Both the position numbers and the translations under genes were made by a program. DNA of 56,449 bases from contig JACPQZ010000033.1 in assembly GCA_016190205.1 (NCBI GenBank), forward strand, positions 1 to 56,449, read 5' to 3'. The stretch is from Candidatus Omnitrophota bacterium. GTDB taxonomy: Bacteria; Omnitrophota; JACPQZ01. This document shows positions 28,861 through 37,863 of the stretch, in pieces. Within the stretch, counting starts at the first letter, position 1; each line of letters begins with the position of its first letter. Below the pieces are notes generated by a model. It was not told the origin of the DNA, ran no database searches, and saw only the letters and a list, made by a program, of their open reading frames with translations.

Positions 28861-29980
28861 AGCGATTCCCTGCGTGCGGGTGCGCTATTCCTATCTTCCC
28901 CAGCAATTTCAGGATTCAGAGGAGATTTTGAACGCCATCCGGGCACACCTCGTGAACTGCCAGTTTACGCTGGGACCTGAAGTGGAGCAGTTCGAACGCT
29001 CTTTTGCGGCACTGATCGGAGCGAGATACGCAGTCGGAGTCGGAAGCGGTACGGACGCCTTGGCCTTGAGTTTGAAGGCCCTCGGGATCGGCCACGGGGA
29101 TGAGGTGATCACGGCCGCTAATACGTTTATCGCTACGGTGGGAGCGATTCATTCGACAGGCGCCCGGCCCGTCCTGGTGGACGTCCGGCCTGATTTTACG
29201 ATCGATCCGGCCCTCATTGAACGCGCCCTCACCCCTCGGACGAAAGCGATCATTCCCGTTCATCTTACGGGCGAGATGGCGGATATGGATCCCCTTCTTG
29301 AGCTCGCCGGGCGCCGCGGGCTGCCGGTTGTGGAGGACGCCTGTCAAGCGATCGGAGCCCGATACAAAGACCGGGCGGCCGGCACGCTGGGTGCGTTCGG
29401 AGCGTTCAGCCTCCATCCCCTAAAGAATCTCAATGTCTGGGGAGATGCCGGGGTCATCGTCACAAATGAGGCTCGGTTCGATAGACAGCTTCGCCTGTTG
29501 CGTAACCACGGGCTCTCCGGCCGGGATGAGGTCGAGATCCTGGGGGTGAACAGCCGTTTGGACTCCATCCAGGCGATTGTGGGAAACCGGCTGATGGCTC
29601 AAGCGGAATCGATCACGGAGCAAAGGATCGCCAACGCCGCGCGTTACGACCGGGCGTTTGCCGCGTTAGAAGGAGATATTACCTTGCCGCCGCGCCGCCC
29701 TGAAGTCCGACGCGTGTTCCATCTCTATCAGATCTACGCCCGCCGGCGGGACGATTTATACCGGTTTCTTCTGGAAGAGGGGATTGAGGCCAAGATCCAT
29801 TATCCGATTCCTCTGCCCTTGCAGAGGGGACTTCAACCCCTGGGCTATCACCCGGGGGACTTTCCTGAAACCGAACGGCAGTCCGCTTCCTGTATCACGC
29901 TCCCTGTGGATCAGCATCTTTCGCAGGATGAGCTCGATCTCGTGGTGGATACCGTGACACGATTCTACCGGGAGGGTTGA
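28853..29980 (+). CDS. DegT/DnrJ/EryC1/StrS sugar aminotransferase
   Basis: SGTDAL, EDACQA, FSLHPLKNL (PLP Lys), NSRLD. Confidence 0.93.
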   Translation: MSKAIPCVRVRYSYLPQQFQDSEEILNAIRAHLVNCQFTLGPEVEQFERSFAALIGARYAVGVGSGTDALALSLKALGIGHGDEVITAANTFIATVGAIHSTGARPVLVDVRPDFTIDPALIERALTPRTKAIIPVHLTGEMADMDPLLELAGRRGLPVVEDACQAIGARYKDRAAGTLGAFGAFSLHPLKNLNVWGDAGVIVTNEARFDRQLRLLRNHGLSGRDEVEILGVNSRLDSIQAIVGNRLMAQAESITEQRIANAARYDRAFAALEGDITLPPRRPEVRRVFHLYQIYARRRDDLYRFLLEEGIEAKIHYPIPLPLQRGLQPLGYHPGDFPETERQSASCITLPVDQHLSQDELDLVVDTVTRFYREG

Positions 29981-31131
29981 ACGACGTGGCGACCGCTCCA
30001 CTTGCGACAGACGCACGGACCCGGTATCGGGTTTCGTTTACCGATTTTCCGGTCCAGTTTGAGGTCCAGGCCCAGGAGATTCTCGAGGCGATTGAGAGGG
30101 TGCTCCGGCGGGGCGATTTTATACTGGGACGCGAGGTGAGGGAATTTGAGGCCGCCTTTGCAGAGCTTGCGGGGGCAAGGCATGCGATCGGGGTCGCGAA
30201 TGGAACAGATGCCCTGATGCTTGCGATGCGGGCGGTGGGGGTCGGCCGGGGGGATGAAGTCATCACGCCGCCCAACTCATGGATCTCGTCCACTTCAAGT
30301 ATTGTGCTCATCGGGGCGAGGCCGGTCTTTGCGGATGTGGGCCCCGATTTTAACATCGATCCCGAAAGGATTGAGGCGGCCATCACTCCGCGCACCAAGG
30401 TCCTGATGCCCGTGCATCTCACGGGACGGTGCGCCGATATGGATGCCATCAACGCGCTCGCCGAACGCCACGGCTTGGTCGTGGTCGAGGATGCGGCCCA
30501 GTCCGCCGGCGCTTGTTACCAGGGACGCCCATCCGGTTCCCTGGGTCATGTAGGCTGTTTCAGTCTGCATCCCCTCAAAAATTTGAGCGGCGTGGGGGAT
30601 GGAGGTGTGGTGACGACGAATGATGATGCGATTGCCGCCAGGGTGCGGTCGCTTTCCAATCACGGGCTCCGTACCCGCGGGGTGGTCGAGCGATGGGGTT
30701 TTAATTCGCGTCTCGATACCCTGCACGCAGCGGTCCTTTTCTGTCGTCTGAAAACGCTCTCGTCCGTGATCGAGGCACGCCGCAAGAACGCGGCCCGTTA
30801 TCGCATGATGCTGCCCCCGGCGGTCATGTGTCCCGATGAACGGCCGGGGGATTGCGAAATTTATCATCTTTTCATGATCCAATGTGACCGGCGCGATGAG
30901 CTCATGCGTTATTTGGATGAGCGCGGCATTGAGGCCTATGTTCATTATCCCACGCCGATTCATCTGCAGCCGGCGAGCCGCGATTTAGGGTATCGTGTGG
31001 GGGATTTTCCAAGCGCGGAGGCGCAGGCCCGGAGGATTCTCTCCCTTCCCGTGCATCAGGGGCTTTCCGCGGAGTCAATTGATTACGTCGTCAAAACCAT
31101 CACCCGGTTTTATCAAGGAGAAAAAAGGTGA
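29977..31131 (+). CDS. DegT/DnrJ/EryC1/StrS sugar aminotransferase (tandem paralog)
   Basis: NGTDAL, EDAAQS, FSLHPLKNL, NSRLD; TTG start overlapping the upstream stop. Confidence 0.92.
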   Translation: MNDVATAPLATDARTRYRVSFTDFPVQFEVQAQEILEAIERVLRRGDFILGREVREFEAAFAELAGARHAIGVANGTDALMLAMRAVGVGRGDEVITPPNSWISSTSSIVLIGARPVFADVGPDFNIDPERIEAAITPRTKVLMPVHLTGRCADMDAINALAERHGLVVVEDAAQSAGACYQGRPSGSLGHVGCFSLHPLKNLSGVGDGGVVTTNDDAIAARVRSLSNHGLRTRGVVERWGFNSRLDTLHAAVLFCRLKTLSSVIEARRKNAARYRMMLPPAVMCPDERPGDCEIYHLFMIQCDRRDELMRYLDERGIEAYVHYPTPIHLQPASRDLGYRVGDFPSAEAQARRILSLPVHQGLSAESIDYVVKTITRFYQGEKR

Positions 31132-32111
31132 CCCCAAACGGGCCCGCATCCGATGAGAAGCGAGACCTTCTTTATGCCATGCTTCGGATCCGCAGACTCG
31201 AGGAAAGGATCAAGGAGCTGTATCCCCAACAGCGCATGCGGTGTCCTTGCCACCTGACCATCGGTCAGGAGGCGATCGCAGCGGGTGTGTGTGCACACCT
31301 GGGAAAGGGGGATAAGGTTTTTGGGACCTATCGGGGACACGGGATCTACCTTGCAAAGGGGGGAGGCCTGAATGCCCTCATGGCGGAATTATATGGGAAA
31401 GACACCGGTTGCACCTCGGGTCGAGGAGGATCGATGCAGCTCATCGCTCCGGAAGTGGGTTTTGTCTGCACCTCTGCGATAGTGGGCGGGACTCTACCCA
31501 TGGCAGTGGGGGCAGCCCTGTCCGCAAGGCTTCATCAGGCTCGAGAAATTGCATTGGTCTTTTTTGGGGATGGAGCCACCGAGGAAGGGGTTTTTCACGA
31601 GAGCATGAACTTCGCAGCTCTTAAAAAATTGCCTGTGGTCTTTGTGTGCGAAAATAATTTTTACTCATGTTATACGCACCAGCGCTTTCGTCAACCGCTG
31701 GACAATATTTATAAGCGCGCCGGCGTCTATGGCATGCCGGGGGACTGTGTGGACGGTAACAATGTCGTCGAGGTTTGGCAGGCAGCGCGTGAGGCGGTCG
31801 AGCGCGCCCGGGGAGGGGGAGGTCCTTCCCTCCTGGAGTGCCGGACCTACCGCTGGCTGGAGCATGTGGGCCCCCATGATGACACACATCTGGGTTACCG
31901 CAGCGAGGAAGAAGTTCGCCAGGGAAGAGAGGAGTGTCCGATTAAGCGGCTTCAAAGGGAGCTTCAAGCGGAGAATCTCATGACGCCCGAGAAGGTGGCG
32001 CGGTGGGAGGAAGGTATAGGGCGCGAGCTGGATCTTGCCGTCGCGTTTGCCGAGCAAAGCCCGTTCCCGGATGCACGGGATCTCGCGCGGGGCGTCTATG
32101 CGGGGGAATAA
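31128..32111 (+). CDS. ThDP-dependent 2-oxoacid dehydrogenase E1 alpha-like subunit
   Basis: HLTIGQEA, GRGGSM, FFGDGATEEG...CENN ThDP motif, TYRW..HVGP. Confidence 0.92.
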   Translation: MTPNGPASDEKRDLLYAMLRIRRLEERIKELYPQQRMRCPCHLTIGQEAIAAGVCAHLGKGDKVFGTYRGHGIYLAKGGGLNALMAELYGKDTGCTSGRGGSMQLIAPEVGFVCTSAIVGGTLPMAVGAALSARLHQAREIALVFFGDGATEEGVFHESMNFAALKKLPVVFVCENNFYSCYTHQRFRQPLDNIYKRAGVYGMPGDCVDGNNVVEVWQAAREAVERARGGGGPSLLECRTYRWLEHVGPHDDTHLGYRSEEEVRQGREECPIKRLQRELQAENLMTPEKVARWEEGIGRELDLAVAFAEQSPFPDARDLARGVYAGE

Positions 32112-32115
32112 GTTC

Positions 32116-33180
32116 ATGACGGCGAGATCCCTTACTTTTTGTGAAGCACTGCGGGAGGCGCAATTGCAGGCCATGCATGAAGATCCCTCGGTGATCCTCT
32201 TTGGGCTGGGCGTGGATGATCCCAGGGCGGTCTTCGGTTCAACCCTGGGACTCAAGCAGCGCTTTGGCGAGGATCGCGTGTTCGATATGCCGCTTTCCGA
32301 AAACGGAATGACGGGTGTCGCCGTAGGGGCGGCGCTGACCGGGATGCGTCCCGTGATGACACACCAGCGGCTTGATTTTACGTTATATGCCATGGATCAA
32401 ATCGTCAATCAGGCGGCCAAAAGGTGTTATTCCTCGGGAGGACGGCAAGCGGTCCCGCTCACGATACGAGCCATCGTGGGCCGGGGTTGGGGACAGGGAT
32501 CCCAGCACTCCCAGAGTCTTCAGGCCTGGTTTGCGCATATCCCGGGTCTCAAGGTGGTAATGCCGGCCACTCCGTATGATGCCAAGGGGCTTCTTCTCGC
32601 GGCCATACGAGATCCGAACCCGGTGATTGTGATCGAGTCGCGGAAGCTCTACGACGAGGTGGGGGAGGTTCCCGAAGAATCCTACACGGTTCCGATCGGT
32701 CAGGGAATCATCTGCCAGGAAGGACAAGACGTCACGGTTGTGGCGTTTTCCAATATGGTGAGTGAGGTCAAGCGTGCCCTGCCGGCCCTCGCCAATGCCG
32801 GAGTTCATGTGGAGCTTATTGACCCGCGTACGGCTAAGCCGCTCGATCGTAATCTCATCCTGGATTCGGTGCGAAAGACCGGCCGGCTCGTGGTGGTGGA
32901 TACCGGGTGGACATGTTGCGGAATCAGTGCGGAAGTAGCTGCCATCGCGGCCGAGCAGGCTTTCAGTTCGCTTAAGGCACCCATTCGCCGTGTGGCGCTT
33001 CCTGATATCCCCACCCCCACGAGTGCTGCGCTGGAGGCAGTCTTCTATCCAGGAGTGAAAGAGATTATCCAGGCCGTGTTCGATTGTATGGGGGTGGATG
33101 GGGCCGAAAGCGCTGCAGCAACGATGGTCTCTCAAACTCAATCCCCCATGGAACCCGAAACATTTAGAGGACCGTTTTAG
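32116..33180 (+). CDS. 2-oxoacid dehydrogenase E1 beta-like subunit
   Basis: DMPLSENG, GSQHSQ, PGLKVVMP..PYDAKG, SVRKTGRL; ends FRGPF; ATG 32116. Confidence 0.92.
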   Translation: MTARSLTFCEALREAQLQAMHEDPSVILFGLGVDDPRAVFGSTLGLKQRFGEDRVFDMPLSENGMTGVAVGAALTGMRPVMTHQRLDFTLYAMDQIVNQAAKRCYSSGGRQAVPLTIRAIVGRGWGQGSQHSQSLQAWFAHIPGLKVVMPATPYDAKGLLLAAIRDPNPVIVIESRKLYDEVGEVPEESYTVPIGQGIICQEGQDVTVVAFSNMVSEVKRALPALANAGVHVELIDPRTAKPLDRNLILDSVRKTGRLVVVDTGWTCCGISAEVAAIAAEQAFSSLKAPIRRVALPDIPTPTSAALEAVFYPGVKEIIQAVFDCMGVDGAESAAATMVSQTQSPMEPETFRGPF

Positions 33181-33200
33181 AGAGCTGACGTCAAGCCCAT

Positions 33201-34196
33201 ATGAGCACCCAACCCGTTGTCGTGATCGGCAGTAATTGTTTTACGGGCAGCCATTTCGTGGATGCCCTGCTTCAAGCCGGGGTGAGACCCGTGGTCGGTA
33301 TCAGCCGCTCGCCCGAGGCCCGTTCCATGTATCTTCCTTATAAGGCACGTGATCAGCAAGGGTTTAATTTTTATCGAATGGATCTTGTCAGGCAGCCGCA
33401 AGCGCTGGAAACTCTGTTGGATGAGCTCGAACCCGCTACGGTGATCAACGTCGCAGCGTTGAGTGAAGTCGCGTTGAGTAATCACCGCCCGCTCGAGTAT
33501 TTTGAGACGAATACCCTCGGCGTGGTCCGGCTTTGTCATTTTCTGCGGACCCGTCCGTACTTCAAGCGGTACGTGCATATTTCTTCCGCGGAGATCTACG
33601 GACCGTGCCCCCATCCCGTGAGTGAGACCGATCCCTTTCGGCCCAGTACCCCGTATGCGGTGTCCAAGGCCGCGGCGGATCTTTATCTCTCAACCCTGGT
33701 AAGTAATTTCGGCTTTCCGGCAGTGACGGTGCGCTCGACCAACGTTTATGGCAAACATCAGCAGCTTTTTAAAATCATCCCCCGTACCATCATTCGCATC
33801 AAACAAAACCGGAAGATTCAGTTGCATGGCGGAGGACATGCCGTCAAATCGTTCGTCCATATCCGGGACGTGGTCCGAGGCGGACTGGAAGCCATGCGGG
33901 TCGGGGAGCCGGGGGGCGTCTATCACTTTTCGACACAGAGTGATTTAACGGTTGCCGGGATCGTTCGTAAGCTCGGCGAGCTCATGGGGAAATCCTTTGA
34001 GGAGATTGCCGAGACTGTCGGGGAGCGGCTCGGCCAGGATTCCCGTTATTGGCTGGATTGCACGAAGGCCCAGCGGGAGCTCGGGTGGCGTCCCGAAGTC
34101 GACTTTGAGGATGGATTGCGTGAGACGATTGCTTGGATTGAACAGTCATGGGATCAGATCGTTCAGGAGCCGCTCGAGTATGCGCACAAGGCATAA
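33201..34196 (+). CDS. NDP-sugar 4,6-dehydratase-like extended SDR (RmlB/Gmd-like)
   Basis: VIGSNCFTG (variant Gly motif), SSAEIYG, PSTPYAVSK, NVYG.HQQLFKIIP. Confidence 0.85.
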   Translation: MSTQPVVVIGSNCFTGSHFVDALLQAGVRPVVGISRSPEARSMYLPYKARDQQGFNFYRMDLVRQPQALETLLDELEPATVINVAALSEVALSNHRPLEYFETNTLGVVRLCHFLRTRPYFKRYVHISSAEIYGPCPHPVSETDPFRPSTPYAVSKAAADLYLSTLVSNFGFPAVTVRSTNVYGKHQQLFKIIPRTIIRIKQNRKIQLHGGGHAVKSFVHIRDVVRGGLEAMRVGEPGGVYHFSTQSDLTVAGIVRKLGELMGKSFEEIAETVGERLGQDSRYWLDCTKAQRELGWRPEVDFEDGLRETIAWIEQSWDQIVQEPLEYAHKA

Positions 34197-35076
34197 GATA
34201 CTCCTTTTGGGCCATACGGGTTTCGTAGGCCATGCCCTGGCGGCCGCTTTTCAAAACCGGGGCGTGGAAGTCGAAGGCGTGGCCTCACATGACATGGATC
34301 TCACCCAGGGCGAGTCTGTGGACCGCCTCCTCCCGCGTGTGGATGGCAAAACGATTCTCGTGGTGGCTGCCGCGGCGCGGCCCGAAACCGATAAGGGCCG
34401 GGGGTCTGCCCAGGCCAATATCGAGATCGCCGCGCACGTGGCCCGATTAATCGAGACCGCATCCTTAGAGAAATGTGTGTATCTTAGCACTGCATCGGTC
34501 TATGGAGAGGGTGGGTCTGATCGTCCTATTACCGAGGAGTCGCCCGTCTCTCCCCACTCGGAGTACGCCGCCGCGAAGTGTGAGGGTGAGCGGCTGCTTC
34601 AAGAAGCAACCAGCCGGGCGTATGCCCCGCTCGTCATGGTGAGACCGTGCCGGATCTTTGGTGCGGGAGACACGCAGGCAACCTACGGTCCGAGCCGGTT
34701 CGTAGAAACCATTATTCATGAGAGGCACGTTCAGCTCTATGGAGATGGAAATGAGCTGCGCGACGGTGTGTTTGTCCGCGATGCCGCCCGTGCCATCGTC
34801 GAACTTTCTCTGGGCGTTCATCAAGGGGTATTCAATTTGGCCACGGGCCGGAGTTTTTCGTTCCGGGAGGCGGTGGATTGCCTGCGGGGCATTGTTCCTT
34901 ATGGATTCGAGGTCATCCAAAAGCAGCGCACGGGACCTCTCTTTAATCAGCATTTTGACGTGACGAGGCTCGTGCGTGTCCTGCCTGGATGGCCCTTCAC
35001 GATGCTCGTCGACGCCCTCAAGGCGACCTATCATGAGTCCGCCGAAATGGCGACGGCTGGGAGGCCCTATGCGTGA
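34180..35076 (+). CDS. NAD-dependent epimerase/reductase (extended SDR)
   Basis: LLGHTGFVG, STASVYG, YAAAK, LYGDGNELRD; ATG 34180. Confidence 0.85.
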   Translation: MRTRHKILLLGHTGFVGHALAAAFQNRGVEVEGVASHDMDLTQGESVDRLLPRVDGKTILVVAAAARPETDKGRGSAQANIEIAAHVARLIETASLEKCVYLSTASVYGEGGSDRPITEESPVSPHSEYAAAKCEGERLLQEATSRAYAPLVMVRPCRIFGAGDTQATYGPSRFVETIIHERHVQLYGDGNELRDGVFVRDAARAIVELSLGVHQGVFNLATGRSFSFREAVDCLRGIVPYGFEVIQKQRTGPLFNQHFDVTRLVRVLPGWPFTMLVDALKATYHESAEMATAGRPYA

Positions 35077-35731
35077 AGTGAATCTCTTGGACGTTTATCC
35101 GCGGATCAAGCGAAATCTCGCGGAACGTGGCCGTTGGAAAGCGCGCACGCCCGAAAACCGCGCAATCGCCAAGCGGTTCGGATTTGAGTATTTTGACGGG
35201 ACACGTGAACAGGGATACGGGGGATATCGCTACGACGGGAGATGGAAGGCGGTGGTGAAACGGATGCAGGAATATTACGGGCTCACGGAGGGGGCGCGGA
35301 TCTTGGATATCGGCTGCGGCAAGGGTTTCATGCTGCATGACTTCCGTGAGCTTCTTCCGGGAGCCGGGGTCTGGGGCATTGACATTTCGCAGTATGCCGT
35401 CGATCACGCCCTGGAAGATGTGAAACCTTTTCTTCAAGTGGCAAATGCGACGGATTTACCTTATCCGGACAAGTCGTTTGATCTGGTCATATCCATCAAT
35501 GTCGTACACAATTTACCGGATGACTTATGCCGCCGGGCGATCCGGGAGATGGAGCGTGTCGGGCGGGCTCATAAGTACGTGCAGGTCGATTCCTTTCGCA
35601 CCCCGGAGGAGAAGGAAAAGCTCGAGGTGTGGCAGCTCACGGCCGAGCTGATTTATGACACGGAACAGTGGAAGAGGGTTTTCAGAGAGGAAGGTTACAC
35701 CGGTGATTTTAACTGGACGATTACGGAATAG
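35069..35731 (+). CDS. Class I SAM-dependent methyltransferase
   Basis: ILDIGCGKG, GIDISQYA, LPYPDKSFDLVIS; ATG 35069 after GGAGG. Confidence 0.9.
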   Translation: MREVNLLDVYPRIKRNLAERGRWKARTPENRAIAKRFGFEYFDGTREQGYGGYRYDGRWKAVVKRMQEYYGLTEGARILDIGCGKGFMLHDFRELLPGAGVWGIDISQYAVDHALEDVKPFLQVANATDLPYPDKSFDLVISINVVHNLPDDLCRRAIREMERVGRAHKYVQVDSFRTPEEKEKLEVWQLTAELIYDTEQWKRVFREEGYTGDFNWTITE

Positions 35732-35745
35732 AAAGGGGTTTTGAA

Positions 35746-36801
35746 GTGAAGGCGGCCGTTCTTAGGGTCCTGGGTCAACCGCTGGGTATCGAAGACTTGG
35801 AACCCCCCCCGCTTTCCAAGGGTCAGGTCCGCGTTGGCATGCAGCTGGCGGCGGTCTGTCATTCGCAGAAGCTCGAGGTGTCGGGCGGACGGGGTCCGGA
35901 TAACTTTCTACCGCACTTGATCGGGCATGAGGGGGTGGGTGTGGTTGAGGAGGTGGGGCCCGGCGTAACGAAGGTGGCTCGCGGTGATCAGGTGGTTTTA
36001 TCATGGATCAGGGGGTCGGGGTTGGAAGCGGTCCGTATCGTATACACTTCCGGCCGAGGGCCCGTTCAGGCTGGGCACATCGCGACGTTTTGCGAGTCTC
36101 CCGTCGTGTCGGAACAGTGTGTGACGCGGATTGATCCCGCGGTAGATCCGGAAATCGCTGTACTGGCAGGTTGCGCGATTCCGACAGGGGTGGGTACGGT
36201 CCTGAATGCCCGGATCGCGGATCCCAATGGGGCGGTGTGTATTTTGGGCGTCGGGGGAGTGGGCCTTGCGGCCGTGTGCGGTGCGCGGCTCGCCGGATGG
36301 GGTCAGGTGGCGGCCGCAGATTTGCGCTCTTCACGACTCGAGCGAGCCCGGGCGCTGGGGGCGACTCATACCCTTGAGGTCGGAGCAGAGGATATCGAGA
36401 AGAAAACAGCACGCATCACCGCCGGGCGGGGGTTTGACCTTGTGATTGAGTGTGCCGGTGCGAGAAGCTCGATGGAGCTTGCGGTGCGCCTTGCCAAGCC
36501 CAAAGGAGGGCATGTCGTTATTGTTGGAAATCTTAAGAGCGGCGAGACGTTCCAAGTGAATCCCATGCACTTGATTCAGGGGCGCTCGCTCACGGGCAGC
36601 TGGGGAGGGGGTGTCAATCCGGATGTGGACATTCCCCGGTTTGTACAGCTCATGGGAAACGGGAATGTGAATCACGAGCTTCTTGTAGGTAAACGGTTTT
36701 CCCTGGAGGAGGTGAACCATGCCATCCAGGCGCTCGAAGAGGACCCTCCGGGCAGGCCGATCCTCCATTTTGAACCGAACGAGAGGTCTTACCGGCCGTG
36801 A
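35746..36801 (+). CDS. Zinc-binding (MDR) alcohol dehydrogenase-like oxidoreductase
   Basis: MKAAVL, VCHSQ, GHEGVG, GCAIPTG, GVGGVG. Confidence 0.9.
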   Translation: MKAAVLRVLGQPLGIEDLEPPPLSKGQVRVGMQLAAVCHSQKLEVSGGRGPDNFLPHLIGHEGVGVVEEVGPGVTKVARGDQVVLSWIRGSGLEAVRIVYTSGRGPVQAGHIATFCESPVVSEQCVTRIDPAVDPEIAVLAGCAIPTGVGTVLNARIADPNGAVCILGVGGVGLAAVCGARLAGWGQVAAADLRSSRLERARALGATHTLEVGAEDIEKKTARITAGRGFDLVIECAGARSSMELAVRLAKPKGGHVVIVGNLKSGETFQVNPMHLIQGRSLTGSWGGGVNPDVDIPRFVQLMGNGNVNHELLVGKRFSLEEVNHAIQALEEDPPGRPILHFEPNERSYRP

Positions 36802-37355
36802 TCGAACCGGTTTTTCTCTGCTGGGTCCTCGTCGTCCTGACCCTTTCGGCCCTGGCGGCTCTTCATGTGAAGGCATTGGCTTGGGCGCTCGGATCAGACA
36901 AACCGATTGCTTACCGCACGGCGGCGTTTCTGGAGGGAAGCATGCTGGTGGCAGGACCTTGGTTCCTCTGGGGATTGCTGGGGCTCTTCTCTGATGGGCG
37001 GGCTGTGGGGATCCGGATTCCGCTTCATCTGCGGGTGGGCAGCATTTTCTTGTACGGGGCAGGATGTTTGGTCTATGTCGAGCTTCGCTCATTGCTCTCT
37101 AGAGGGTACTCCTTCCGGATTTTGCTGGATCTCCTCAAGTCCGGCGGGGAACTTGCGAAGAAAGACTTGATCGTCCGTTACGGAAACGGCAGGGGGCTTC
37201 GCGGTCTGTTGGCTAAACGATTGGGGTCACTCGCCCGTTTGGGTTTGCTGCGTATGGAAGGGCCCCGCGCGGGTTCCCTGACACCGATCGGGCGGGGTGC
37301 GGCTGGGATCGGTTGGGCGATGCGCCGGCTCCTGCGCTTAACGTCGGTAGGCTAG
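36798..37355 (+). CDS. Hypothetical membrane protein, about 3 TM helices + C-terminal winged-helix-like segment
   Basis: Hydrophobic N-terminal helices, then SRGYSFRILLDL...KRLGSLARLGLL...LTPIGR. Confidence 0.7.
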   Translation: MIEPVFLCWVLVVLTLSALAALHVKALAWALGSDKPIAYRTAAFLEGSMLVAGPWFLWGLLGLFSDGRAVGIRIPLHLRVGSIFLYGAGCLVYVELRSLLSRGYSFRILLDLLKSGGELAKKDLIVRYGNGRGLRGLLAKRLGSLARLGLLRMEGPRAGSLTPIGRGAAGIGWAMRRLLRLTSVG

Positions 37356-37364
37356 GAGGGTAAG

Positions 37365-37862
37365 GTGGATAACGGTATTTGGATTTCTGTACTGGCCGGA
37401 ATCACCGTCTTTCTCGCGCTGCATGTGATTCTATGGCGTTCTATGCCTTCCGATAACCCAAGGATGGTTCTCTTGAGCGGGCTCGCGCTCGTGGGAATGG
37501 GGGTATCGCTGGGGATCGCCTCGATCGGGGCGCGCCCGGACGCCGCCCGGCTTTGCTCGGTCTTGTGGATCGATGCCTTCTGGATTATTTTGTATTTCTT
37601 TGTTTATGCCGGTTTGGCGCGTTCGGTATCCCTCACCTGCCTGGTACACATGCTGCGGTCAGGAGGGGACCCTGTGGATTTTGAGGCGCTCGTGGATGAA
37701 TATGCCCGGTCCAGCCGTTTTGAGGAAAGGATCCGTCTGATGCGCGCGCGCGGCCTGATCCGGCAGACGAACGGATCCGTATCTCTCACGCGCGGGGGAC
37801 GGCGCCTCGCCCTTGCGGTGGACGGGCTGGGACATGTCCTCAACGCCCGTTTGGAGGGATAG
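37365..37862 (+). CDS. Hypothetical membrane protein, about 3 TM helices + C-terminal winged-helix-like segment (distant paralog of preceding gene)
   Basis: GTG start after AGGAGG; hydrophobic helices, then RSVSLTCL...ERIRLMRARGLI...VSLTRGGR. Confidence 0.7.
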   Translation: MDNGIWISVLAGITVFLALHVILWRSMPSDNPRMVLLSGLALVGMGVSLGIASIGARPDAARLCSVLWIDAFWIILYFFVYAGLARSVSLTCLVHMLRSGGDPVDFEALVDEYARSSRFEERIRLMRARGLIRQTNGSVSLTRGGRRLALAVDGLGHVLNARLEG

Positions 37863-37863
37863 C

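Noticed and set aside
31128-33180. Housekeeping pyruvate or acetoin dehydrogenase complex
   Set aside because: There are no E2/E3 or lipoylation genes, and the pair is coupled to sugar aminotransferases and dehydratases.
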